A stretch of 56,761 nucleotides of DNA, taken from contig JAUCBJ010009162.1 of NCBI GenBank assembly GCA_032718475.1, positions 1 through 56,761 of the forward strand, read 5' to 3'. The position numbers and the translations under genes were made by a program. The notes beneath the pieces were generated by a model. That model was not told where the DNA came from. It made no database searches and saw only the letters and a program-made list of their open reading frames with translations. The DNA comes from Nemertoderma westbladi. Taxonomy: Eukaryota > Animalia > Xenacoelomorpha. Below, in pieces: positions 11,437-23,799 of the stretch (the stretch's first letter is position 1; each line of letters starts with the position of its first letter).

Positions 11437-11536
11437 NNNNNNNNNNNNNNNNNNNNNNNNNNNNNNNNNNNNNNNNNNNNNNNNNNNNNNNNNNNNNNNN
11501 NNNNNNNNNNNNNNNNNNNNNNNNNNNNNNNNNNNN
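11437..11536. other. Assembly gap (100 N)
   Basis: Read directly from the sequence. Confidence 1.
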
Positions 11537-11705
11537 CGAAAGCTAATAATAAAAAAATAAATTTTTAGTGATTGATCATATAAGTTGTCACTTTTTGAAA
11601 TCTTTAAATATTATTATACTAAAACAACTTGATCTCACACCCTATAGTCATATTCCCTAACTTTCTTTACTTAATTTAAACTTATATATTAGATAATATA
11701 TATAT
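11537..11705 (+). mobile_element. Inverted copy of the PLE 3' end (pLTR)
   Basis: Reverse complement of about 5230-5399, starting inside the hammerhead (CGAAAGCT) and ending in a TA-rich tract. Inverted pLTRs are typical of PLEs. Confidence 0.85.
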
Positions 11706-12038
11706 ACATACATACTTTCGTGAGTGTTCCTGCTGTGCGGCAGGTACCCCAAGGCACTTGATAACACTCATAAGAATTACAGACAGACTCGGAGCGGCAT
11801 CTGTAGGTCAGCCTCCCGTAAAAGCATTGACACTATAGTACGTTATCTTATTGGTGTATACGTTATTCGCAACGTACTTACAATGGCACTATTGGTGAGG
11901 TAGTAGTTATCGAGACTAGAGAAAATCAGAACAATTACACATTGCAAGTCAAACCAACCATTTTTGTTTATGACTCTACCTCTGGGGTCTACTACACTAC
12001 ATATCCTCGACTGGTACAATCCGACAGCAGGTTCCCTG

Positions 12039-12154
12039 AACGAAACCGGAGGTCTAGTGGGAAGGGAGGTCGATATTCAACGAAACCGGAGGTCTAGTGG
12101 GAAGGGAGGTCGATATTCAACGAAACCGGAGGTCTAGTGGGAAGGTCGATATTC
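12039..12154. repeat. 40-bp tandem repeat, ~3 copies
   Basis: AACGAAACCGGAGGTCTAGTGGGAAGGGAGGTCGATATTC. Confidence 0.9.
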
Positions 12155-13069
12155 TACGAGAAGAGCACTCAGGAATCGGATAAGGAACTTTCGATATTCT
12201 CACCCACTATGACGAAAGATATCCTTACAGAAAAGTGCTATTTTGTTGTATAAAAAATCATTCAATGGTGAAAACCGATGTCACCTATGAAAACCCTTAT
12301 ATCAAACTAATAAATCACAAAACACATAAAATTATTATTTTGTATATTATGAAAATTTTCGAAAATTGCACTTCCATTGGTGGTAACGGTCCCCTTTAAC
12401 AGTCGAGGGTTTCACTTGAAAGTAATAAACATGATCTGGAGATAAAACAAACCATAGTAAAGGCTTTCATCTAGACCGCAGACAAGCATCTGTTCCCTTC
12501 CTTCACATCCACCACCCCACCTCTCCATCACGCATCGCCTCCATCTTCTGTGTTCAAGTACTCCTACAGGAGGTGAAGGAACTTCTGGACACAAACTCAT
12601 GTCCTGAAACCACTCAGTCCAAACACCGACATCTGCAATAATAAGTTTACTGAAATTATCTACTGAAGAAAATAAATCACTGCCTATAATTATAATGGAG
12701 ATTCAATCGATTTATACAATACAATGCCTCCATGTCTGCGTTCCCATAAAAATCCTCAGCATTCCTTGCAAGCCCTCTAGTCAGATGGTAGCCTATATAA
12801 TATATGTATATATATAGTATTGGAGGAGTCTTTTACTGGATCGGACCACACCGCACTGCCAATCAGTGACCTAAAGAATCACTCAGTACTCCCAGTAGAT
12901 CATGCAATGCGACAAATTCTAGTGAATCTGCAAACAATATTCGAACGTCGATTGTAACAACTTAAACCATTTAATGGAGGAAGTCGAACAAACATCCATT
13001 ACTGATTGGCGTCGGAGGTAGGAGGTATCTCGGAGGAAGGAAGGAGGATTTTCGTCGGAGGATTACGGT

Positions 13070-13148
13070 ACCGGTACTATTGCCACCAATCGGCTCGGCA
13101 ACGGCAACCATGCAGCCATGGAAGTTGTGAAATTATGCGGACTTAAGA
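13070..13148. repeat. Interspersed repeat (also ~39850-39930 and, degenerate, ~36160-36210)
   Basis: CCACCAATCGGCYCGGCAACRGCAACCATGCAGCCATGGAAGTTGTGAAATTATGYGGACTTAAGA is shared. Confidence 0.8.
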
Positions 13149-13521
13149 TTGAGAACCATTGAGACTTGATGACGTCATATCTTTGGACCCAGAATGACAA
13201 AAAAATGTTGGTGATTCATATAATAGTCCATGAACTTATCAAACTAATGTAAAAGGAATTTGCGAAATTCGTTGATTAATACAGTTAGTAGTAGTGAATT
13301 ATATTTTTAACTGGTTTGTAGTACATTATGCTAATTTAATGAGGCTAATTTAAATCTAATCATAATTAGGTGAATAAAATTTTCGAAAATAAAATTTAGT
13401 TTATTGTGATCAAAAGGAGCCATAACTTGTTGCCAGGTGTAGAGCTCTTCAAAAGTTACATGTGATTCAATTTTTGACACAGAAATTACACTGCAAGGTG
13501 TGATGTCCCGCCTTAAACCAT

Positions 13522-13770
13522 TTAATGGAGATTTAATGATGTAATGTCATCGTTCGTATCTATCACTAAAGGAAATATGTTACATAACATAAACAAAGAA
13601 GAAATATATCCATGCACATTAATATGAGAAAAAAGTGTAGCTAAATGAAAAAGTAAAGTAGTAGGACCATTAATAAAAAATTTTCTCGAAACTACATCCG
13701 GGCCAGTAGCCTTTCCTGGCACAAGTTTATCGATTGCAAAGGATACCTCAATAGGTTTTACTATCATTGC
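13522..13770 (-). pseudogene. LINE ORF2 fragment (RT N-terminal region)
   Basis: EVSFAIDKLVPGKATGPD...LATLFSHINVHGYI...IFPLV matches LINE RT domain 0-1. Confidence 0.75.
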
Positions 13771-14668
13771 CTCCAAGGATACCTCAATAGGTTTTACTAT
13801 CATTGCCTCCAAGGATACCTCAATAGGTTTTACTATCATTGCCTCCAAGGATACCTCAATAGGTTTTACTATCATTGCCTCCAAGGATACCTCAATAGGT
13901 TTTACTATCATTGCCTCCAAGGATACCTCAATAGGTTTTACTATCAGGATACCTCAATAGGATTTAATATCATTGCAAAAGATACCTCAATAGGTTTTAC
14001 TATCATTGCTTCCAAGGATACCTCAATAGGTTTTACTATCACTGCCTCCAAGGATACTTCAATAGGTTTTACTATCATTGCCTCCAAGGATACCGCAATA
14101 GGTTTTACTATCAGGATACCTCAATAGGTTTTACTATCATTGCCTCCAAGGATACCTCAATAGGTTTTACTATCATTGCCTCCAAGGATACCTCAATAGG
14201 TTTTACTATCATTGCCTCCAAGGATACCTCAATAGGTTTTACTATCATTGCCTCCAAGGATACCTCAATAGGTTTTACTATCAGGATACCTCAATAGGAT
14301 TTAATATCATTGCAAAAGATACCTCAATAGGTTTTACTATCATTGCCTCCAAGGATACCTCAATAGGTTTTACTATCATTGCCTCCAAGGATACCTCAAT
14401 AGGTTTTACTATCATTGCCTCCAAGGATACCTCAATAGGTTTTACTATCATTGCCCCCAAGGATACCTCAATATTACTATCACGATACCTCAATAGGTTT
14501 TACTATCATTGCCTCCAAGGATACCTCAAAAGGTTTTACTATCATTGCCTCCAATGATACCTCAATAGGTTTTACTATCATTGCCTCCAAGGATACCTCA
14601 ATAGGTTTTACTATCATTGCCTCCAAGGATACCTCAATAGGTTTTACTATCATTGCCTCCAAGGATAC
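13741..14668. repeat. 33-bp minisatellite, left part
   Basis: GGATACCTCAATAGGTTTTACTATCATTGCCTCCAA-type units with recurrent 23- and 30-bp variants. Confidence 0.97.
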
Positions 14669-16873
14669 TGTTAAACAACCGCGACACCTATACTAACAGC
14701 AGAACTGTTGAACAGACAAATACCCGTATACCTCTCTGCCAACCTAATGAGCTCTCGCCTAACCAATAAGACACAAAGACTGCTCTACTGTTAAGTAAAG
14801 GGGATCAGGAGCGTGCTATTACTAAATTGTAAAGGTTGCTAAATACAAAACCGCTACTTACCGTTGGATGGCGCTAATCTGCCGTCCGCTAATATATTTT
14901 ACTAAATTTACACAGCTCCTGCAAAATCGCTTGTTCCTTTCTCTACCGATCGCTCGATAGAGAGCTAACTGTTCGAATCTATGAGCCACGCGGGAATAAC
15001 CCAAACAACAAACCCGAGTCGGCTCCCTAAGCTTACTTAAGACGAGTGCGAGGGGCTTTGCACTCAGAGTATATTCTTACGCCTAATTTTACTACTGAAA
15101 TACGCCAATGCTTACGTCTTTTCTAATCGCGAATACTGGGGGTTCCCTAACGGAATGTGTGAATGCGAGAATATTTAAATAATCAAAATTGGTACAGTAC
15201 AATGTCTTTCGTAGGTGATACCGCTCTGGGTCTAAACTTGCCTGCAGCTGGCTTTAGGCCAGCAATTTACTAGTGTCTTGCGTACTGACTACTGCGATCT
15301 AGCTTATTGCCCGCTAATGCAAATAACCGCTCAGCGTGAATAGTTTACGGTACTCTAAATTATTACCTTAGCTACTCTCCGCTATGCTGCGTACTAATTC
15401 TTAATTTTACTAATCAATTACAGTCACAAATATGTAACAGCGTACTAATTACTAAGAGTTCCAGAATGCGTAATTCTAATTTATTACACAACAGGTTTCG
15501 CTAGTACAGTAATAGCCTAAAATGCCGTATTATTTTGACCTAATCAGTAACTATTTGTTGTAACTAAGAAATAGAAATCAATCAAAGAGAAAGGGGCGCC
15601 TACCTAAGCATTCGTAATCATAGGCACGCTTCAGTAACACACCAATCAGCGTCAGCAATCACAGATCACAATAGCACGACTTGCAATTATACAATCCGCA
15701 ATTATATAATTCGCAATCTACTTACTCGCAACCTACCTACTGTAAGGTATGCAGGCCCCTCCCGGGTACATCTAGGCTTCCTAACTAACCCAATTCCTGC
15801 CCCCTAATACTAAATAGAGACAAAACCTGGATCATCAGCCCCCTAATTACTGTACCAGCGAGCGGTCTCCAACCTACAGCCCAAATTGCCCGACCACAAC
15901 GTTGACCCCCCGCCAGCGTTGCCCGCCTTTGAATCCTCCGCTCTCCCTTAGTCGCCCAACCCCCCGATGTGCCCACCGCCTACTGGCACCTTAGCCCTCC
16001 ATTATGCTAATAGCTACCGTAGCGGCGCATGCAAAATCACAAAGTCTGACAGTCTCAGAAATCCCTTAGGATTATTGCGTAGAAAGGAATCACATAGAAC
16101 CATTAACAAAAGAGGTAGAAATCATAGTTCCGGTTGTAATTAGCAGTAATCGATAGGATTAATTGAGAAACACAATCAAGAATAATCGCACTAGCAAATC
16201 ATCTCGAGAAATTAATCAAAATTTAGCAAATTGCAGAAATACGCAAAATTATACTTCTAACTGTACACCCTATCAAAGCTGAGGTTAAGGTTGTAAGGAG
16301 TTGGTACAGCTCTACCGGCAAACCGCCAATTTATAGGTGATCCGAGTGGGGTGATGCAATAGGGTGACTCAATCGCTCTCCTATTGGCTCTCCAGTCCGC
16401 GCTAGCATTAGACCAACCTGGAAGCAGTTAGTCCAATAAGGAGGCCGGATTGTAGCCCTATTGCTGCCCAAACCTCAAATTATTACCATATATGGTAATG
16501 GATCATGTCCCTGGCTGCTGAATGGCCAGGACAGCGTCCCTATATGCTAGCCCTATTGATGCTAATATCAGCAAGCACAAAATCCAGGGTCCGACTAAAC
16601 TTGCTACCCTGGAACTATCTACATATATCCTAATACAAAATTACGTAGGTAGGGCTACATATTATACAAAATGGATGGATTCAAATATATGGGCGTTTTG
16701 ATTTCCCTATCTAAATATCACCTCGCTATTATACCTTATCTAAAATATTATGCTGCACAACGGACTAACATAACGTACAGTATAACGGACTAATATTGCG
16801 TACAGTATAACGGACTAATATATTATACTGCATAATGGCTAATAATGTGGATACAGTGCCATATACCGTAACA
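14669..16873 (-). repeat. 3' LTR (2205 bp)
   Basis: TGTTAAAC...CCGTAACA. Differs from the other LTR by at least five substitutions and one 5-bp indel. A short purine tract GGAGCGG precedes it on the minus strand. Confidence 0.95.
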
Positions 16874-17701
16874 CCGCTCCAAGGGAAATCATATAATGTT
16901 TCCCTCCAACTGTAGAAGAGTATAAGGTGATGTATACAAACAAAATAAATTTCTTCCAAATAATCTAAATACTTGATACTATAATCCTACTATTTACAAA
17001 ATATTGCTATAGATATTGCATAATGAATTGCATACAAATTAAATTTTCAAATATTATCTCTCTCATTCATTCCACATAATGATTACTACATACAGAATTA
17101 AATTTACAAAATATTACTTCCTTCGATTTATTTACAAATTAACAATTTACTTATTGAAATGGAACATGGCTAGGACAATGTCCCCCATTTCCCATCTCAA
17201 ATTATAGAACAATAATAACAAAAGAACTAAAATATAAAACGTATTTGAGGCTAAATTTTTAACTAAATTGCATTAAAGGCCGATAATCAAATTAAAAATA
17301 AAATACGTAATAATTTCTTTCATTTTCGGACTTTACTTAATTTCTTATAAAAAACGCAAATCATCTTGGTTTGATGATTGCTCAGGTAAGTGAAAGGAGT
17401 AAGCCAAACCCGCGGGTTTGTCTCCCCAATCACTTCCTTTGCCTCTTTCAATAAACTTTAGAGCAAATAAAGTCATATACACAAAATCAAATATAGTATA
17501 GGCTCAAAATCATATTTCCAACGGACTATAAAATAAAATTATTTCCTTTCAATATTTTTCGGCCTTCGAAAATAAAACTCTAAAATATGGATACGACTAG
17601 TGTATATGAGTCCAGTCGAATGATTGATCAAAACCTACGATATACATCAGAGCGATGATGATGTATATGTCTAGAGTTTGTCGCTCCGTAATATTATAGT
17701 C

Positions 17702-18860
17702 TCATCGGCTAGCTCCTGGGTCTCTCGGGCTCGCTCCCCTCTCCAGATACACCAGTCTACCCCCTGTAGACTCTGTTGACGGCGTTCTTGAGGCGTCACT
17801 TCCCGGAATCGGCGACAACGTTCCCTGGGCTCCGACTATCTCCCGACTGGTGCTCCTCCCTCGGCCTCGTCCCATTTGCCGTGTCCCTGTGGGTGCCTCC
17901 GCCAACTCCTCTTCCTTCAACTATAGAATGGAGCTGCTCGTCCTTGGCTTGACGCTTGCCAAGGACTCCTCCTTCTAGTACTTGCCGCGAGCTGTGAGCT
18001 CCGGCTGTTGTCGCTGTGGGCGCGGCGGTCCTGATCCTCCACTCGTTCTTGAGGTCAATGACCCCAAACGAGTCTCCTTAGGCCGCCAATTGTGCGCTGG
18101 GTAATAATTCTAGACGTATATATCAGAGCGACGATGATATATAAAGGATTGGACATATTCGGGCTTAATAGTGCGTGCGTCGAAACTTCCCGAAATAATT
18201 TGGAGTAAATATCGTATAAACCGCGGATCGTGGGTATAGTTAGTAGACGGATGGACGGCGCGAATCTCGTCTGGATACTCAGGCGTGACCTTCCTTTCCT
18301 GGTGAAGCGAAGTGAACGTGGTCCAGGAACTCGAGTCCCGTGCCGCTTCGCGCCGCGCCTCTAGGTCTTTATAGGCTCGGTATAGCGAAATGGCCGCCGC
18401 CGTGTCTATCAAACTGGGTGTCGAACAGGTTTAATCTCCGTATACGGATCTAAAGTCGTAATGGTCGGCGTAATGGGTCTCGGAGGTCGCTTTCCGCTGA
18501 AGTCGATACTGATCATCGGGTTGCTCATCGGGTAACCTCCCTCGTTATATCTAAGGAACTGGTGAGCTTGACATCGCGTTAATATCGGTTCTTGATGTTG
18601 CTCGTCTAGTCGGTCGGGAATCGCTACGTCTTGTCCACTCATGCATCCGCCGCATCCATAGAACAACTTGTATACGTTGAAACCCCCTGGCGCCGCCTCG
18701 TCCTCGCCTCGAGTCTTCCGGTAAAGATGCATCCCGTCGAATTGATCTCGGACGGCAGGTAGCGGTTCATCGTTCATCCAATTACACGGTGGGTAAATCA
18801 GTTAGATGCCGTCGAAGGACAGACTTCCCGAACCCCCCCCCCCCCCCCCCCCCCCAGCTG
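17702..18860 (-). pseudogene. Extra ORF region 3' of integrase, unknown product, fragmented
   Basis: Consecutive sense-strand ORFs 18409-18777, 18110-18412 and 17702-17920 lie in a GC-rich block flanked by AT-rich UTR. A 23-nt C run is at 18833-18855. Confidence 0.5.
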
Positions 18861-19499
18861 CCTTCCAGCAGTTCAGGTTCGACTCTCTAGATCCCGTCTC
18901 TTCCTAACTATCCTCTAACCTATTCCCATGCATAGCGCAAAAACTTTGGAGATAAACTGGCCGTGACCAACTCACTTTTTGATGCCCAAACTACTCCCAT
19001 TATTCGTACTAAACTACAGTAGTTAGAAAAGACTATAGCCACAATACTCGACTATACCAAACCCACAGGTTTGATAATCGAAAATCACACATCCTGCAAA
19101 CTACTGAGTGGGGTCCATGTACGCCTCTGGTGCTACTAACCTTTAGCACCTTAGTTGCACTGTTGGCACCAATCTGTGGAAGTTGCTAAACTCAATTTAC
19201 ACTCCTACGTAATATAGCCGTCACCATGGTTTCTAAATGCTATTTTCCAGGCTTCACGACTTTTCAAATTACTGTTTATCTATAGACGAATTCTAAAACG
19301 CGTCTATACACAGCGTCTGGAATTGTCTTGGGTTCACTTCTAATTTTTAAAATTTTTAAATTTTCCAAAAATTTTGAAAATAAAATTTTGTTTTGATACC
19401 CACCAGACAAAACTCAACGCAAATCACCACAACCCCGCTCCTATGCATTTCCTTGTATCTGCATACGAGGAATGCATACGAAGTGAGTTGCGTCCAACA

Positions 19500-22400
19500 C
19501 TAATTCTGTTTTGAGGCAGGAGACAAATTATAATCTCCCGTCTCGATACGTGTCTCCTCTAATAACACAATATCTTGGACCGGTCGGTCCAAGGTGTGCA
19601 AACCATTAGTTTTACACTTCTTTGGGTGTGGACACTTGCACCTAATTTTCACAGTGACTGTGCGCACTATGTTTTGCACGTCTGGGTGTATATGCAAGAT
19701 CACTCCTGTCTCCCAATACTTTCTCTTGACAATCGGTTCGGTTATCAATACGTAATCTCCCCTTTGGAGACTCCGAACCGTTTTGTACCACTTTGTTCTG
19801 GTGGATATGGTGGGAAGATAATATTCCCGCCAATATTCCCAGAATGTGTACGCTATAAACTGTGTCATTTTCCAGCTCTTACGACTATATAGGTCGGCAC
19901 TAACGGGTTCTGATGCCGGCACAAGAAATGCTGGACTCTGCATTAGCAAATGATTCGGCGTTAATGCAACACCGTCTGGCAACATAGCTATCGGCCTCGA
20001 GTTTAGGGTATGCTCGATTTCGATGAAAGCTGTGACCAGTTCGTCGTCGGTAAGTTGTTTGTTCACAGGCAATGTTTTGGCAATGGCCTGCTTTACAGAG
20101 CGAACTAAACGCTCCCAACTTCCTCCTCTCCAAGGACTTTCTGGAGTATTAAATCTCCATTCTACTCTTTGCGGCAAAAGTGCTGCAGAAATTTCCTTAT
20201 TCTGTGCCGCTTTATGAGCCGCGTTCAACTCGCTATTCCCCCCGACAAAGTTTGTACCCTTATCGGAGTAGAACGCCTTTACTAGTCCTCTCCTGGCCAT
20301 AAATCTCTTTAAGGCCAGGAGCAGAGATTTGGTCGACATGTCTGCCACACGCTCAATGTGTATGGCTCTACTAGCCATGCATGTCAGTAGCAGACCCCAT
20401 CGTTTGTGGGTCAGCCGTCCACTCTTTGCCTCAATCGGACCAAAACAATCCACCCCTGTGTTCGTAAAGGGTGGGTCATATGCCTGCACTCTCGCTTCCG
20501 GGAGTTCAGCCATCTCCTGTTCCAATACTCTGGCGTTCACCCTCTTGCAAACCAGACAGGCGTCATACATAGTGCCGACTGCCCTGCTTGGCTGCAATAG
20601 AATGAATCGCTGTCTCGCTGCCGACAAACAGTGTAACTTTCCCGCGTGATGCAATCTCTTGTGTATATCCCATAGAATCGCTCTTTGCAATTCTATTGGG
20701 TGACTAGGGATTATCACTGGGAACCGAAACTGTGAGTTTATGTCGACAGTCTGGATTCTCGATCTATGACAAATCAAACCCTTATGGATTAATGGACTCC
20801 ATTTTCTAAGGGGTTTATAGAGAACTGGTCGTTGAGCCGATAATAGATGGAATTCTTTTGGGAAGGCACACATTTGATAATGCTTCAAATGCTTTAATTC
20901 CGCTTGATCAATCTCATCCTCTGTCAGAGGTTGTTTCAATTTCCGAATTCGCTCACTATTAGTGCTCAATGGTTCTCTCAAATGTTCCGAATGTTTTAAA
21001 CAAAGGTACAAAATGTATCGGCTTAACCACGCAGTTCTTTTACAAATTGTCAGCCAAGAGGCAGACGAATTTAGTAATTTGTCATAAACACTGCATGACT
21101 CTAATGCCAGCGACGGTTGTCCGCTAGTCGATGGAAGTTTCGAATCCAAACCCGCAGGTTTGGAAACCAAAGGCTCCATTTTGTCGGTCATTTTTTGTCC
21201 GTCACTTACCAACTGTGACTCTGGTTTAGTCTGTAAGGGTGGTTTTACGTCGTAACTTACCCTTCCGGACCTAGTCGTCACGTAAGTCTGTTGGTCTGAC
21301 AGGTCTCCGGGCCGCTCCAATGACTCTTCAGGCCGCTCCAATGACTCTTCAGGCCGCTCCAATGACTTGAGTTTGGCTTTAGACTTTGACTTAGAAACTT
21401 TCTCCACTTTGACTTCTGCATCTTCAGGCATCGGATTGGTCACTATCCTTAGTCGCTCTGGCCAATGTTCCTGTGTCCTCGTTAGAAAATCAGGTCCATG
21501 TAACCAAAACTCCTGCGACTCTTCCTGACAGAATTCCGCCGGCATTGCACCTCTCGAAGTTATGTCGGCCGGGTTCAACACTCCCGGACAATGTCTCCAT
21601 TGTTCCTTCGTCGAAAAATCAACGATCTGAGCGCGTCTATTGGCCACAAATGTCTTTAGTGCAATATTGTCGGCCGCAATGTATACTAACACCAAGGATG
21701 CGTCCGTCCAATAAAATAAGGTCAATGTCGTGTCTAACTCCTCTGTTATCTGCTTACTTACCTCGACTGAAACCACTGCCGCCTGTAACTCTGCACGAGG
21801 GACAGTCATGTATTTGACCGGCATTGTCTTTGATCTAGAAGTCACAAAGGCCGTCTCAAACTTGTCCTGACTTACCTCTCGGCGAAGGTAGGCTACCATA
21901 CCAAAGCCGGTGTCACTTGCGTCACTAAATAAGTGGAGTTCGAGATCAGCTGGAAATACCAGCTGATTCGGAAAGTAGGAACGGGGTACATCTATATTTT
22001 TCAATAGATGCAACTCGGCTTCCCACTCCCTCCACTGCTTTGCATGTATAGGAGATATTGGTTCGTCCCACTCTACGTCGGACAACCAAATTTTCCTCAT
22101 GCACGCTCGTGCCTGTAATATTACCGGACTGATAAAGTTCATCGGGTCAAATAGTCTACTTAATGTCGATAAGCAAATCCTCTTAGTCAAAACTTTGTCT
22201 GGGCTACTGGGCTCAAATCTAACTCTTACCTGAAACTTATCTGAGTTCGGGTTCCAAGCGAGTCCCAGTACTCGCGCCATGGGGATTGGTTCTACCCCCA
22301 ATTCAATGTCTCCGCTCCCGCGATCTTTCACCGGGAACGATTCTAATAGGGCCTCCGAGTTTGTAGTGAACTTGGTCAGAGGAAATCCCCCTGTAGCCAA

Positions 22401-23753
22401 GCACTCTTGCAGGCCGTGAGCCACTTCTATGGCTTGTTCCGCTGTGTCCTTGGACACCAATCCGTCGTCCATGTAGAAGTTTCTCAAGATGGACTCGATA
22501 ACCTCTACTGGGTACTTACCAATCTGGGCTGTTGCCGTTTTCTTTAGAACAAACAGCGTGCCATTTGGACTATCGCGGGCGCCAAATATCCTAACGTACA
22601 TCTGGTATGTAACCACTGGGCCGGATAAGTCTTCATTCTCAAACCAGAGAAATCGAAGGCTATCCTGGTCTGCCTTACAGGCTCTTACCTGGTGGAACAT
22701 CGCCTCGATGTCACAAGTAAATGCGAATCGCCGCTGTCTAAAACGTAACAGTATTCCAATCAAATAGTTATTCAGGTTGGGACCATCCATCAACTCTGAA
22801 TTCAGGGACATACCTCTATAGACTGCTGCGCAGTCGTTGACTACTCGGACTTTGTCAGGTTTGTCAGGGTGAGTCACATAGTGGTGTGGAAGGTAATAAG
22901 TCTGGTCTGTCACTAAGTCAGGGTCCTCTACCTTCCCAGCAAATCCCTTAGCGAAATAGTTGTTGATCTGGGCGCAATACTTCTCCCTAATGTCCGGATT
23001 CTTTAACAACCGAGCCCTTACTCCGTTCAATCTTTTCAAGGCTAAGTTGTAGTTGTTCTCCAACTTAGGTGGTCGTCGACGCCACAACATTCCAACTTCA
23101 AAATGTCCAGTCGGTAGCAGACGTATGGTGTCTTCCATCATCTCCCTCGACCGTTTCTCATCAGTAGACATGGCTAGGTCATATCCACCGGGTTCCATTG
23201 CGTCCCTATCCAGCCATTCGACGGTTCTGGCTCCTGTCTCGAGGTCCTGGCGTATCAATTCCTTCTGCAATTCCTCCTCACTGTATTGGAAAATGTCGAG
23301 GTCTCGATATTTAGCCACTTGACCCTCCACTATGTCGGTATAAGTCAAAACGTTACTCAAATAGGTAGCGTGGGCCGCTGAACCAGACCCACGGGTCTGA
23401 TAACAGTAGTCCTCGGGTTCACTATCTGTCCGGTCGTTATGAAGTGGTTCCGACAACCTAACATTATCGGGAATCAACTCCTCGTCCGACTCGCTAAAGT
23501 CACTATAGTGGTCAATAAAGGTTCTCCTAAACTCGTCTATGTCTGGTGGTTCTACTAACGGTGGATGAGTTATAGGCTGTAATTCGTCGTATCTGTTCAT
23601 TGGCTTGTCGCCACCTGTAAACTCATAAGACATGGGTACTCGTGTATACCAACCTAGTATGGTCCTATGGGCATGTGGTCCATTGACATGCGGCTCAGCT
23701 GGTCTCGTTTCCCATATCTGGTGTGCGATCAGCTGTTCTGCACCAATCAACAT
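19500..23753 (-). CDS. pol: BEL pol (protease C-part, RT, RNase H, integrase)
   Basis: YYLPHH, DIEAMFHQV, FYMDD, LFSDAS, PRAELQAA, GVDCFGP, SDKGTNFVG, GGSWERLVRSVK. The frame stays open upstream past 23850. Confidence 0.97.
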   Translation of the reverse strand: MLIGAEQLIAHQIWETRPAEPHVNGPHAHRTILGWYTRVPMSYEFTGGDKPMNRYDELQPITHPPLVEPPDIDEFRRTFIDHYSDFSESDEELIPDNVRLSEPLHNDRTDSEPEDYCYQTRGSGSAAHATYLSNVLTYTDIVEGQVAKYRDLDIFQYSEEELQKELIRQDLETGARTVEWLDRDAMEPGGYDLAMSTDEKRSREMMEDTIRLLPTGHFEVGMLWRRRPPKLENNYNLALKRLNGVRARLLKNPDIREKYCAQINNYFAKGFAGKVEDPDLVTDQTYYLPHHYVTHPDKPDKVRVVNDCAAVYRGMSLNSELMDGPNLNNYLIGILLRFRQRRFAFTCDIEAMFHQVRACKADQDSLRFLWFENEDLSGPVVTYQMYVRIFGARDSPNGTLFVLKKTATAQIGKYPVEVIESILRNFYMDDGLVSKDTAEQAIEVAHGLQECLATGGFPLTKFTTNSEALLESFPVKDRGSGDIELGVEPIPMARVLGLAWNPNSDKFQVRVRFEPSSPDKVLTKRICLSTLSRLFDPMNFISPVILQARACMRKIWLSDVEWDEPISPIHAKQWREWEAELHLLKNIDVPRSYFPNQLVFPADLELHLFSDASDTGFGMVAYLRREVSQDKFETAFVTSRSKTMPVKYMTVPRAELQAAVVSVEVSKQITEELDTTLTLFYWTDASLVLVYIAADNIALKTFVANRRAQIVDFSTKEQWRHCPGVLNPADITSRGAMPAEFCQEESQEFWLHGPDFLTRTQEHWPERLRIVTNPMPEDAEVKVEKVSKSKSKAKLKSLERPEESLERPEESLERPGDLSDQQTYVTTRSGRVSYDVKPPLQTKPESQLVSDGQKMTDKMEPLVSKPAGLDSKLPSTSGQPSLALESCSVYDKLLNSSASWLTICKRTAWLSRYILYLCLKHSEHLREPLSTNSERIRKLKQPLTEDEIDQAELKHLKHYQMCAFPKEFHLLSAQRPVLYKPLRKWSPLIHKGLICHRSRIQTVDINSQFRFPVIIPSHPIELQRAILWDIHKRLHHAGKLHCLSAARQRFILLQPSRAVGTMYDACLVCKRVNARVLEQEMAELPEARVQAYDPPFTNTGVDCFGPIEAKSGRLTHKRWGLLLTCMASRAIHIERVADMSTKSLLLALKRFMARRGLVKAFYSDKGTNFVGGNSELNAAHKAAQNKEISAALLPQRVEWRFNTPESPWRGGSWERLVRSVKQAIAKTLPVNKQLTDDELVTAFIEIEHTLNSRPIAMLPDGVALTPNHLLMQSPAFLVPASEPVSADLYSRKSWKMTQFIAYTFWEYWREYYLPTISTRTKWYKTVRSLQRGDYVLITEPIVKRKYWETGVILHIHPDVQNIVRTVTVKIRCKCPHPKKCKTNGLHTLDRPVQDIVLLEETRIETGDYNLSPASKQN

Positions 23754-23799
23754 AGAAACATTCCTATAACCTACCTGGTGTCTCGGTATTCTGAGCTTG

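Noticed and set aside
11720-11771. Nested stem-loop (TGAGTGTT/AACACTCA enclosing CCTGC/GCAGG)
   Set aside because: Single copy with no recognisable ribozyme or tRNA core. Could be chance.
12230-13517. Kolobok-like right ends (CCCCT-TTAA ~12399, CCGCC-TTAA ~13517)
   Set aside because: No partner TIRs were found, so support is too weak.
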